A DNA stretch of 64,000 nt from Eledone cirrhosa. Taxonomy: Eukaryota. A program made the position numbers and the translations under genes. The notes below the pieces were generated by a model. It had not been told where the DNA came from. It saw only the letters and a list, made by a program, of their open reading frames with translations, and did no database searches. Location: contig OZ024754.1 in assembly GCA_964016885.1 (NCBI GenBank), forward strand, positions 18,724,001 to 18,788,000, written 5' to 3'. How positions within the stretch are numbered: position 1 is the first letter of the stretch; each line of letters starts with the position of its first letter. Positions 43,552 to 56,528 of the stretch are shown here, piece after piece.

Positions 43552-44093
43552 AGTACTCGCCGAACTCTGCCAAAAATTATAGAGGCTGGATTCTTATAGA
43601 ATTCCAGTAATAATCAGGAACTGATATACAGAGCGATTGCCGGTCCAGCACGCCTCTTGCTCCACATACATACATTCATATACAGGGTGTGGACGATATT
43701 TGTTCGCAATTTTCAACTGCTAATTTTATGCAAATTTTTTTACTTCCGTTGTCACTCTTGTCTTCATAAAAACAGTGACTATATTTCCATTACTATATGT
43801 ATATGTGTGTATATATATACACACATATACATATATATATATATACATATACACACATACATACATACACACACATATATATATACACATATACATATAT
43901 ATATATAAACATATATACATATACACCTACACATATACACACATTTCTGCACGTATACACACATACATACAAATATACATACACACATATGTACATATAT
44001 TCGTATGAACGCCAGCCACGTCACACAGACGAACCCATCCCACACACACATACACACCCCATCCCCCACACACACACATCGTACTCCAGATCT

Positions 44094-44301
44094 CCACCAA
44101 CCACCACCACCACCACCACCACCACCACCACCAACAACAACAACCAGCACCACCACCACCATCACCCCCAACAACCAATACCACCACCACCACCACCTCC
44201 ACCTCCAACCACCACCACCACCACCACCACCAACAACAACAACCAGCACCACTACTACCACTACCCCCCCACCACCACCACCACCATGACCACTAACCAA
44301 C

Positions 44302-44332
<31 letters not shown>

Positions 44333-45312
44333 CCACCACCACCACCACCACACTACCACCACAACAACACCACCACCACCATCACCACCACCACCACCAC
44401 CACCAGCACCACCACCACCACCACCATCACCACCTCCACCACCAACCAATACCACCACCACCAACCACCACCACCACCACCACCAACAACAACAACAACC
44501 ACCACCACCATCACCACCAACAACCAATACCACCACCACCACCTCCAACACCAACCAATACCACCAACCACCACGACCATCACAACCACCACCATCCCCA
44601 TCACCAGCACCATCACCACCACCATCACCATCACAACCAACCACCAGCAACATCACCACCATCACCACCAATACTACCGCCACCATCACCACCACCACCA
44701 TTACCACAAACAACCACCACCATCAGCAAACTCCATCACCACCACCATCACCACCATTACCATCACCACCAACCACCACCAACCACCACCACCATCACCA
44801 CCACCATCATCACCACCACCATCACCACCACCATCACCACCACCATCACCACCACCATCACCACCACCACCATCACCAAAACCACCATGACCACCACCAT
44901 CATCACCACCACCACCACCACCACCACCACCACCACCACCACCACCACCACCACCACCACCATCACGACCATCACCATCGCCACAACCACCATCGCCACC
45001 ACCATCATCACCACCACCATCACCACCACCATCACCACTACCACCACCACCACCACCACCACCATCACCATCCAACCAACCATGACCACCATCAACATCA
45101 CAACAAACCACTAACACCACCACCATCACAACCAACCGCCATGATCACCATCACAACCAACCACGACCACCATCACCATCACGACCACCATCACAACCAA
45201 CCACCACCACCACCACCATCACAACCAACCCCCAACACCACCACCACCACCACCACCACCACAACCAACCACCAACACCACCACCATCACCATCACTACA
45301 ACCAACCACTAC
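44094..45312. repeat. Cryptic (CCA/CAT/CAA)n simple-sequence array
   Basis: About 1.2 kb of degenerate ACC repeats. Confidence 0.95.
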
Positions 45313-45610
45313 CTCTACCGCTCTTTTTCTAACAATCAAAGGTTACGTTTCTCCAATATCCAGTATTTCTCTGTTATCGATCATCTATTGTTGCACGAGT
45401 TATTGATATGCCGAACATGTAGAATGCAAGGCTTATGCAATCTTTAAGCAGGGTGATCTCCTTTCCCGCTCTTCTATCAGGGAGATAAAGAAATAAAACC
45501 AACTTCATTGAAATGATTGTTTTATTTTTTAATTTATTTAATTTATAATTCCTGAAAGTGGAAATGAAAGGTGGTATATAGGTGGGTATGTATGTATGTG
45601 GTATGTGTAA

Positions 45611-45684
<74 letters not shown>

Positions 45685-45842
45685 ATGTATAAATACATAC
45701 ATACATGCATATATATATATATATATGCATGTATGTATGTATTTATACATACACACACGCACACACAACACACACACACATATATATATAAGTTCACATA
45801 AAGATATGTCACTATCTTAACATCAAATATTATATTTTATCT

Positions 45843-46230
45843 TGGCAGTATCGGTAGAGAGTCGGACACCATGCTTTAAAGCATAGAGTTACGTCCCTTT
45901 ATGATCTGAATTCAAATCCCGCCGAGGTTAACTTTGCCTTTCATCCTTACGGGGTCGATAAAATAAAGTACCAGTAATGCTCTGGGTAATTTCTGGCCTT
46001 GTGACAAAAGTAGAAACAATTATATTTTATCTGACGATGGATTGGCAGTATCGGTAGAGAGTCGGACACCATGCTTTAAAGCATAGAGTTACGTCCTTTT
46101 ACGGCCCTTGCCATTCTGACTTCAAATGCCGCCGAGGTTAACTTTGCCTTTCATCCTTAGGGGGTCGATAAAATAAAGTACCAGTAGTACACTGGGTAAT
46201 TGCTGGCCTTGTGCCAAAAGTAGAAACAAT
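45843..46230 (+). mobile_element. Two tandem Nin/Deu-type SINE copies (45843-46020 and about 46043-46230)
   Basis: tggcagtatcggtagag..ttcaaat.ccgccgaggttaactttgcctttcatcctt..ggggtcgataaaataaagtaccag occurs twice, each bracketed by tatattttatct. Confidence 0.85.
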
Positions 46231-46232
46231 TA

Positions 46233-46293
46233 TCTTTTATCTGACGAAAGCGTACTTAAATATTAGTACCCTTGAAATACGTATAATAAAATA
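46233..46293 (+). ncRNA. Type I hammerhead ribozyme (family A)
   Basis: tcttttat-CTGACGA-aagcgtacttaaatattagtaccctt-GAAA-tacgta-TA-ataaaata. Confidence 0.85.
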
Positions 46294-46582
46294 AATATGG
46301 TTTTGTAAAGATATTTTCCATTTATTAATATTGTTAATATTAATGAAACTCCAGATAAACACTGTAGAGTGATTATAGTCTGTTTTAAAATTAACTTTGT
46401 TGAATAATCAATAAAGTCATTGTTTATATATATATATATATATATGCTGAGGTTATATTTAATTTGTTGGGATTCAACAAGCTTAAACATTTTTATAACT
46501 GATATAAAGCACTCAACTGGTTAGTGGAGTAAATACACAATATATTAATAAATGGAAACTATATTTATAAAAAAACCATATT

Positions 46583-46648
46583 TATTTTATTATATATATT
46601 TCAAGGGCAACCAAGGCAAATTATAGTGCGCTTTCATCAGATAAAATA
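46583..46648 (-). ncRNA. Type I hammerhead ribozyme (family A)
   Basis: Reverse complement: tattttat-CTGATGA-aagcgcac..gttgccctt-GAAA-tatata-TA-ataaaata. Confidence 0.8.
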
Positions 46649-47689
46649 CAGATTTGTTTTATAAATAAATATTGACATACCCGGAAAAAGACAACCTTAA
46701 CGGTTGGAGCTTCCTGGATAGTGGAGATAATATTTTATTGAGGGTATGAGTGAGTATGCAAATGAGTGTCCGAAAAGTTGAAAAGATGACGGTTTATTTA
46801 AATTAAACTGTTGGAAGAAGAGGATATGTAAGGGAGAGAGAAAAGAAAAAGAAAAGAAAAGGAAGGAGAAAGAGAGAAGAGGAAAGAAAAACGATTATAC
46901 ATAGTGATAGTGAAGATAGTCAAGAGTGAACGAAGAAATAAATATTAATGGAAGAATATAGAGCGTAAATATATCTAAGTGAAAGAAGAAATGAAAGAAG
47001 AAATAAGATTAACGTGGAAGAATAATATTTAGAATGTATCGTTCATTACGTTGTGATTATAATATTTATAATGATAAGTTGAAAAAATTAAAAATCAAAA
47101 TTAAAGATTAAAATTTACCTTAATATTAAAAATTTAATTTAATATTAATATTAAAAATTAAAAATTAAAAATTAAAATTAAAACAGAAGTATTTATATTA
47201 TATTAGGATGTATTAATAATAATATATACGTTTATAAATTATTTAAATAAATATATAGTGTTTTACATTAGATTTTAGTATTAGTATTTTACATTAGTTC
47301 TTGTAAACATCGTTTAAACTCAACTTTTAGATATATATATAAAATGTAATATATGGTTAATCTCCTCTACATAATGTTTTCTATATCCAACTACCTACAA
47401 CTTCATCCTTCAGATTATATCTATATATGATTTATATATATTTAATTTACTTTCTATTATCTCTACTTCATAAATACACTTTATATTATTACACTTATCA
47501 ATTGATTATAACCTTTTTATATGACTATTTGAAATTCTTTTAAGAAAAATTTTCCTTGAAAGACTTTCTGAAGGTTTTAGAAAATTCTTTGAAAGTTCCT
47601 TTGAAAGATATGGAAAAACCATTATTTTCATATCTACCAATATTTTATATCTTCAAACATTTTAAATATATATCCAAATATTTATATAT

Positions 47690-47930
47690 ATGTGGAATAA
47701 CATATGATTTATATATATATGTGGAATAACCTATGGTTTATGTTTTAATTATATTCTTAAGATAAATTTTTAAACTTTATAACAATTATGACTTCTTATA
47801 AAATAACCTATGATTTATGTTTTAAGTATATTCTTAAGATAAATTTATGACTTCTTATAACATAACATATGGTTTGTTTTAATTATATTCTTAAGATAAA
47901 ATTTTTTAACTTCATAACATTTATGACTTC
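47690..47930. repeat. Degenerate AT-rich tandem repeat
   Basis: ataacatatggtttatgttttaattatattcttaagataaattt recurs about 3 times. Confidence 0.65.
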
Positions 47931-47940
47931 TCTTGAAAAA

Positions 47941-47991
<51 letters not shown>

Positions 47992-48169
47992 AATACAATA
48001 TCGGAGAAAGCTTTTTAGCGATATATATATATGACGAAGGAAATGTGGTTAGGAACCAGGTGGACCATAACGCACCAAAGTACTCAATACTTAGGGTAGT
48101 AGAGTGGGTAATAGGAACGAGTAGGACCCCGACGGCTGAGCTCAAGCCGTCGTGGTCCTACTCGTTCCT

Positions 48170-48558
48170 ATATATCATAAATCATGTCCTTAGAATTATT
48201 AGATAAAATATATACCATTTCCTCTCCCAATTAGCATAATTAACCATATAAAAAATCAATTAGACCAGACTATAAGAATAAAGGCTCCTATGAAGAAATA
48301 TTTGATAAATAACCGAAAGCGGCCTCTTCGCGGTGACCCCAATAGAGTATTTACCCAACATTTCAACAGCATGTAGAAACTGACTAAATATACCGTCAAC
48401 CATACACAATTAGGTGTACATTTAAACTTAGAAGAAATGTGTGCATACCGTAATTACATCTGGTCTAATTGATTTTTTATATGGTTAATTATGCTAATTG
48501 GGAGAGGAAATGGTATATATTTTATCTAATAATTCTAAGGACATGATTTATGATATAT
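48170..48558. mobile_element. Fold-back element (arms about 48170-48270 and 48459-48558); related to 55515-55800
   Basis: atatcataaatcatgtccttag..ttagaccaga / tctggtctaa..ctaaggacatgatttatgatat. Confidence 0.8.
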
Positions 48559-49620
48559 TGCTTTGATTATTTAATTTATTAATTCTCCATTGATCCACAA
48601 CGTGACCGGTTGCCACATATATATCTGTGACTTTATATATATATGTAAATCTTTATATATATATATATACATATAATAATAAAAGTATGTGTTCCTACAT
48701 GTAATTAATACACATAGGGACACAAGTATAGTCCGACCGTATGCCAGTGTGGTTCAATGGATAGTTAATAACAAGCCTGAACATATAAAATCAAGGGAGT
48801 GTAAACACAGAAAATATCTTAAAAAATATAATAAATAAATTCCAAAAAATTCGCTGTACTTACTATATGTGCCCTTACCGCGGTTTCAGATCCCAAACAA
48901 ATAGATAATCTAAGCGGATTTCCATTGAGATGGTAGAGAAACCTTTGGTCGTTTGAACGGCTGCTATTTTTAGCAGCACGGGATTGACCTGTCCACCTTG
49001 CTTTTTGTCTTTGCACACGTACGAATGGCGCCAGTTTGTAATTTGAACTCGGGAATTTTATATTCTCCGAGAGAGAAAAGCCTTCTGACGATGATCTCTT
49101 TCTCAATTGAAATCCGCTTGGATTATCTATTTGTTTGGGATCTGAAATCGCGGTAAGTCACATATAGTAAGTACAGTGAATGTTTTGGAATTTATTTATT
49201 ATATTTTTAAAGATATTTTCTGTGTTTAGACTCCCTTGATACATACACTCTGAACATTAACTTCTTATAACATGAGCCCCCTTAACAATCCACTACCACA
49301 CATATCACTCCACCCTAAACGCCACAACCTTTCATCCAGTATCATAAACCCAACACCACCATACCCACGCCACACACAAAAATCAGCCACATCTACATGC
49401 CAAACTGTCTAGCGACAATCAGCACTCCTACACCGCGACCCATTTCAACCTACGCCCGGCACCACCAACTTACCCCCACCCCCACACCCACACCCATACA
49501 CTACAGGCAAAAACATCCCTATGCATTAACCCACCAATCAAAACAAACTTAACTGACCACCATAGGAACATCAGACTTTCTCATACGGCATGTATATTCA
49601 CTTTTCCATTACCATTGCAT

Positions 49621-49711
49621 GGGGTCTGACGAGCTGCGGATTACAGAGTCGGGATAGATCGATACAGATCGAACCTTCAGCTGATCAGTGGCGAAACGCG
49701 CGTCATCAACC
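49621..49711 (+). ncRNA. Type I hammerhead ribozyme followed by AATAAA
   Basis: ggggt-CTGACGA-gctgc...gtggc-GAAA-cgcgcg-TC-atcaacc-aataaa; stem I is short. Confidence 0.75.
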
Positions 49712-49850
49712 AATAAATGTAATGAAGGAGTAAACAATCGTCCTTGTTATTTTATTTCACTGTCTAGCTCTACATCTCGACACTGAAGTGAACCTTAACA
49801 TTGAGTGCTCATCCGGGTGAAACTACAGTAACTCCAAGTGACACTCCCTG

Positions 49851-49925
<75 letters not shown>

Positions 49926-49930
<5 letters not shown>

Positions 49931-50307
49931 GGGTATGACATAAAACTACATCCAGTGGCAAGGCTCCAGTTCGGGAGTTCAGGAGTTGTGGGGAATGTGG
50001 AGTTACCCCTTAGTTGTCATGACTCCCAGGTCTGCCCTGGCCCGGGGTGGTAGTACCTGCTAGGGCTCCATTTATGGGTTAAATAACTACCTTATTCGAG
50101 TGGCGCCGGTAAGGTATTGTCAGCCATTGAAAAGAAATATGGAGAGTCGATCTAACAGCACTAGGGTTAGAGCCCCTAATTACACTGTCAAGAAGCAGCC
50201 TGGTCGTTACGACTCTGCTGGCTTAGAGCCACAGAGAGGGCCAGTGGATGGTGGATCAGCTGTCTCTGAGACAAATATATTATCTCAGGAATTTTACCCG
50301 CCTTAGA
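49926..50307 (+). mobile_element. Non-autonomous RTE derivative sharing the 3' end of the 17773-18689 LINE
   Basis: Ends atctcaggaattttacccgccttagata versus atctcgggaattttacccgccttagata at 18665-18692; starts directly after (TA)n. Confidence 0.75.
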
Positions 50308-50451
50308 TAGATATATGTGTTTTTCGTTTGTATTTTTATTTTCAAAATAATCTTTTCAAGGTTTCCACTTCAAAAATATTTTTTCATTTTGCCTTGTTTT
50401 CGTTCGTTGACTTCTCTTTGTTAATTTCCTTAATATATGTATATGTATATA

Positions 50452-51432
50452 CAAACATAAATTATCGAGATTCGCATTTCGGCCCACGAAATAACGAAAA
50501 ACAACCTCCGAGATGTGCGGCAAGTGCTCAATGATTCAGATGAACCAGAGCTATAACAAACGTTAAAGGCCAAGCACACTGAGACGATGGTTAAACAATC
50601 ATTCGCATAGCCAAAAAAAAAAAACGATCAAGTAATTCGGGTATTGAAAATTTACCCGGACCCCTGGAAGGTTGGTAAAATCCAGTATATGGGTTTCTGC
50701 GGCTCCTAAATCAAGTACCGTCCGCTTACATAAATAATGTCAGGCTTCTGGTAAGATGATTGAACAAGGAAGCCACTTTCTCAACAGGTTTTAGTTCAAT
50801 GTTAAGACAAGGACTGACTATTGCTGAACCCACGTGGGGATCGGCAAGGGAGGCAACCCCTATATCAGGCGAATGAATTCAGTTGTGTATGTTTTTGCAA
50901 GAATGCAAAAACATCACAAATCGAATAGAGTTCTCAACAGAAGGGTTAAAATTAACATAAGCTATTCATCAGTCAATAGAATCAACTAAAAAATCATGAA
51001 AATTAACTGGTCAATAGCTAGAGTCTGGAGAATAATACAAACATAAATTATCGAGATTCGCATTTCGGCCCACGAAATAACGAAAAACAACCTCCGAGAT
51101 GTGCGGCAAGTGCTCAATGATTCAGATGAACCAGAGCTATAACAAACGTTAAAGGCCAAACACACTGAGACGATGGTTAAACAATCATTCGCATAGCCTA
51201 AAAAAAAACGATCAAGTAATTCGGGTATTGAAAATTTACCCGGACCCCTGGAAGGTTGGTAAAATCCAGTATATGGGTTTCTGCGGCTCCTAAATCAAGT
51301 ACCGTCCGCTTACATAAATAATGTCAGGCTTCTGGTAAGATGACTGAACAAGGAAGCCACTTTCTCAACAGGTTTTAGTTCAATGTTAATACAAGGACTG
51401 ACTATTGCTGACCCCACGTGGGGATCGGCAAG
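50452..51432. mobile_element. pLTR-like tandem direct repeat (about 395 bp repeated at a period of about 585 bp)
   Basis: acaaacataaattatcgagattcgc...cccacgtggggatcggcaag at 50451-50848 and 51037-51433. Confidence 0.88.
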
Positions 51433-51580
51433 AGTGGGAAATGAAATTTCGTTTCATTTTTTCCGTTTATCGTTTTCGGTGCACTCGGCCGATTAACCCA
51501 CTCGATATGCAAATTGGGCTACTCAGCCGTTAATATGCATAAGGTAAGTATATACGTTCAACAATCTGGCAGGAAGGTAT

Positions 51581-51623
51581 ACGTTGCTGATGATAGCTAA
51601 TAAGCTTGAAACTAGTACAGCGT
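51581..51623 (+). ncRNA. Minimal type I hammerhead ribozyme (43 nt)
   Basis: acgttg-CTGATGA-tagctaataagctt-GAAA-ctag-TA-cagcgt. Confidence 0.9.
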
Positions 51624-51828
51624 TCCTTTGTCAGTGTTGAACAAACTAGCAACGATGGTTGCTAGACACTACGGCTTAATACGGGATGTTTGTTTACAAA
51701 CACACCGAGCATTATAATAAATGTTCGGTGAATCCATACGTACATATATATATGTGTGCATGTATGTATATATATATATATACATACTACTGTACGTCTG
51801 TATACATATATGTATGCACGTGTACATA

Positions 51829-51939
<111 letters not shown>

Positions 51940-52155
51940 TAAAATAACAGATTAAGGTTTAAGCAAATAATCGCTGCTTTCACTCTCAACGGGATCTTCT
52001 GAGACTAAAAAAATCAATCTGTGAACGCAGAAGTAAATATTTCGAAAAACGTTGCAGGACGTGCGGTATCTTTGCACTGAATTAATTAAAAGTTGGTTAG
52101 GAGCGAAGTAAATGCAGACAGGCAGCCAGACAGACAGATATAATCGTGTGACGTT

Positions 52156-52292
52156 ATAGCTATGTATCTAATGCAGACAGCCAGACATACAGAGACATAT
52201 TATAAGGGCGAGACATAGCTATGTATCTAATGCAGACAGCCAGACATACAGAGACATATTATAAGGGCGCGACGTTATAGCTATGTATCTAT
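52156..52292. repeat. Tandem duplication of about 59 bp
   Basis: atagctatgtatctaatgcagacagccagacatacagagacatattataagggcg, two full copies plus a partial third. Confidence 0.85.
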
Positions 52293-52540
52293 CTAAAAAG
52301 ACAGACTAAGAAAGCTAGAGGAATGTCGTATAACCGGAAGTGTTGACATTTAAAAATTTTAAAGAAGTGAATATTTAAATAAACGATAAAATATCTTTAA
52401 TCTGTTAACGAAATTTAGAAGACAAAAACACCCTCACCTTCTTACTTGGAAAAAGTTACATCTCTGGAGCAAATTTGGTGCTTTTTGGTCCAGCCGTTTG
52501 GCGAAAAGTTTCTTACATACATACGGCCGTCAGCTTTATA

Positions 52541-52630
<90 letters not shown>

Positions 52631-53451
52631 GCGCGCGCGCTGTATGTGTATTGTCTTTATTTAAGAATTTATTTGATTACAAGTGTTGCATTCGCACAAT
52701 GCCAATCCATAAGTTATGTTGTGAATAAGATTAATCACACTGCGTCGGTTGTATGTATCTAACAGTGTTATGGGATCAAGTAGGATACGACGGAGCATTA
52801 TTTTATATGACAAGTGATGAGAGGACATGATGGACAGGCGTTCCTCGTTTAACTATATCAACAACTTTATAATTTTTTGTGTGACCTCTGCTTAAATGCA
52901 AAATTCTGTCTGCACTAGCCATGCCAACCGAAATGACGATTAAGTAACAATGTGCAGACATTGCGAAAATGTGCATAACATAAATAAATCTAATTATGTA
53001 ATAACACAACGCAGTCTTACCGTTCATTCGTATGTGTGTGTGCATCTGTGTGCTTGTGTGTTCGTATGTGCGTGTGTGTGTGCGTGGACATGTGTGTGTC
53101 AGAACTGGACTGGCTATTGGATGGAAGTCACCACTGGTGAGGTTGTCGTAGCTTTCTCTAGTGTACACACACACACATATATATCTATGTGTATGTGTGT
53201 ATGCTCGCCTGTCATAGGCAGTCATCACAATGCCACCTGCCGGACACCGTCCACCCATGCTCTTCACCTTTTATTCCATGTTAATTATTCATTTACTTTT
53301 GTTTATTTTGCAATTAGCAACAAATTATGGAGAGAAAGAAAAAGAGTGAGAGAGTAATACATATAGACACATATCAATTTATCAACGTACGTGTCCATAT
53401 TTACGACCCCCCCTCTCTCTCTACACACACATGTATATATAATATATATAT

Positions 53452-53594
<143 letters not shown>

Positions 53595-53738
53595 TGCATG
53601 TATATATATATATAAATGTATGTGTATATATATATATGTGTGTGTATACATATATATATATGTATAAATATAAATAAATATTTCGTTTCTGAATTTGTTT
53701 AGCAAGATTCTTTATCTGAAATCGTGTGTTGAAACCGA

Positions 53739-53912
53739 TATTGTTATACTTTGGGAGGGTCATGTTGCCAATAAGAAACACACGCACCAGTTGCTTTCAC
53801 TTCAATTTATTATATATTTATAAATTTATAAATATATAATAAATTGAAGTGAAAGCAACTGGTGCGTGTGTTTCTTATTGGCAACATGACCCTCCCAAAG
53901 TATAACAATATA
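53739..53912. repeat. Palindrome of the PLE 3' terminus (same sequence as 22160-22225)
   Basis: tattgttatactttgggagggtcat..gctttcac / gtgaaagc..atgaccctcccaaagtataacaata. Confidence 0.9.
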
Positions 53913-53913
53913 A

Positions 53914-53990
<77 letters not shown>

Positions 53991-54235
53991 TCGGGACTAA
54001 CGCGAGTCTATGACTCCGTTAATTTATTTTGATATATTGCTCTTAAGAACGGTTTTCTCTCCCTCGGTTTACTAGAGCACCCTTATTTGAATGGTTTTGG
54101 GCTACGATTTCTAGCCGCTCATCCCACCCAGACCACTAGTTTACTGTCTCTCGCACACATTCATTTCTCTCTACCACGTGTTGCAAGGCAGTTATCTTAA
54201 GTTCTCTTAGAGTCGTCTGGAATGTATTCACTTAC

Positions 54236-54316
54236 CACACACTGATGAACCTGGGTGTTTCATTCCATTCGCTAATCTTTTGGCGAAACAAATCTCTTTG
54301 GGTTTCTACGTGTGTG
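54236..54316 (+). ncRNA. Degenerate hammerhead-like motif
   Basis: cacaca-CTGATGA...GAAA-caaatctctttg-..tgtgtg; cleavage triplet is not canonical. Confidence 0.4.
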
Positions 54317-54427
54317 ATATATAGTTTTAGAGGTGGGAAAATTCATCCTGATTTATATTTTTAATTATTATGTTCCTACCTCACCTTTCGTAGTATATAG
54401 ATTCCATTCCTGTACATTGATATCTTT

Positions 54428-54539
<112 letters not shown>

Positions 54540-54618
54540 CATATTATATATATATATATATGACTGCCATGATTAAATTATAACCATCAACATAGTCAAG
54601 GTATGTCAAGCATCAACT

Positions 54619-54684
54619 TATTTTATCTGATGAGGACGTACTGTTGAAATAGCTCAGTATCTCTGAAATATGTATAATAAAATA
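54619..54684 (+). ncRNA. Type I hammerhead ribozyme (family A)
   Basis: tattttat-CTGATGA-ggacgtactg..cagtatctct-GAAA-tatgta-TA-ataaaata. Confidence 0.85.
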
Positions 54685-54798
54685 TATTTGATCACATGAA
54701 TGTCTATATTTATTAATATTTTGAAGTAATATATGTATATATATATAGAATAAGGAAAAGCGAAGTAGTTTCAGATGTTCAAGTCCTTTAATAATAAT

Positions 54799-54872
54799 GC
54801 TGTGATATATATTTCAATGGCGACACTGGCCACACTGTTCTGTGTGCGAGTGTCGTGACATCATCAGACAGC
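54799..54872 (-). ncRNA. Type I hammerhead ribozyme
   Basis: Inverted copy of 55186-55259. Confidence 0.87.
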
Positions 54873-55185
54873 TTGTTACATAATAAGGTTATGTTTCCGA
54901 GGCAATCCAAATTGAATCGACATGGGAACGGATAAAATTCGTGCTTTTGGGTTTATCACCCGTTCCCATGTGAGTACCAATTCACCCCCACCGGTCTGCG
55001 CGTGCGCATGTCCGAAGGAAGTTGACCATTAGCTACCGCAGATTTTAACGAAATTCGCTTAGTCAGTTCACCCTCTCAGTGACACAATGGCCCGTACCAT
55101 AGTTTAGTGCTACCCATCTCGACTGTGGTAGTCAGTCGAAAGCCAGAGGGGATTGCCTCGGAAACATAACCTTATTATGTAACAA

Positions 55186-55259
55186 GCTGTCTGATGATGT
55201 CACGACACTCGCACACAGAACAGTGTGGCCAGTGTCGCCATTGAAATATATATCACAGC
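55186..55259 (+). ncRNA. Type I hammerhead ribozyme
   Basis: gctgt-CTGATGA-tgtcacgacactcgcacac..gtgtggccagtgtcgccatt-GAAA-tatata-TC-acagc. Confidence 0.88.
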
Positions 55260-55382
55260 ATTATTATTAAAGGACTTGAACATCTGAAAGTACTTCGCTT
55301 TTCCTTATTCGATATTTACTCCGTCACTCCTATGTAGAAAAAGTACGTTGAGTGCTTGAATTGAATTGCATCAATGTTTACC

Positions 55383-55424
<42 letters not shown>

Positions 55425-55806
55425 GTCAATATTCGTTGTCTTTATTCCTATAAAAACATTTATTTTTAACTATATATATAGTTAAAAATAAATGCGCATA
55501 TATATATATATATACAATAAAGTATGTCCATAGAATCATTTAATAAGATATATAAACCATCTCCTCTCCTAATCAGCATAAATAACCACACAAAAACCAA
55601 TTAAACTAGGCTATAAGATTAAAAGGCACCTATGAAGAAATAATAGATAAATAAACGACAGCCATCTATTCGCGATCAACAGCTATAGAATATTTACCCA
55701 GCATTTCAATACCACGTGGAATCGATTAAATATATCGTTAACCATACACAATTAGGTATAAAATTAAAGTTAGAAAAAAAAAATGTATATAAACATACAA
55801 AGATTA

Positions 55807-55890
55807 CGTTTCTACACCATGGGGTTTCATTAGCTTTTGGAAATATCCGATCAAGGATAAATTCACGAGCTTCGAAATCATCAGGAAACA
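55807..55890 (-). ncRNA. Type I hammerhead ribozyme
   Basis: Reverse complement: tgtttc-CTGATGA-tttcgaagct...agctaat-GAAA-ccccatggtg-TA-gaaacg. Confidence 0.75.
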
Positions 55891-56345
55891 AACTCACTTG
55901 GACGAAGATTTTTCTTAAATGATCTCCGCCAGAAACGGATTCAAAATTCGCAGTTCTTCTGCTTTTCAAAAGTAGAGTTGAGATGGAAGGTCAGTGGTTT
56001 TCCTCACATATGGATGGGAGAAAAACCATCCAGATGTGAGAAAAACCACAGACACTCCATCTCAACTCTACTTTTGAAAAACAGAAGAACTGCGAAACCC
56101 GTAAAGGAACCAAAGAAATAAATATGTTTAAAAAAAAATAAGACTCCAGTTGCATTTTCGATTTCATCTTTTTTCCTTATACTTTCACTCGTGTAGGACA
56201 CCTCGGTTATTTTTCATTTTGTAAAAAACCTCGCTTTCTAATATATATATGTATATATATATACAAAAAAAAAAAAAATATATGTTTGTGTATATATGTG
56301 TATGTACGAGTGTGTGTGTATATATATGTATGTATGTATAGGCAT

Positions 56346-56463
<118 letters not shown>

Positions 56464-56528
56464 TTGAAATATTGAAAAAAATGTTACAAACAGAAAAAAA
56501 TGAAAAAATATAACAGAATCAAATAAAT

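Larger units (their letters stand above)
54747..55312. mobile_element. Fold-back element with about 160-bp nearly identical arms, each containing a hammerhead
   Basis: 54747-54908 is the reverse complement of 55150-55311. Confidence 0.88.

Noticed and set aside
43797-45332. 511-aa His/Pro/Thr-rich ORF
   Set aside because: Stop-free only because it is (CCA)n simple sequence; it drifts between poly-T, poly-P and poly-H phases and starts inside a TA/CA tract
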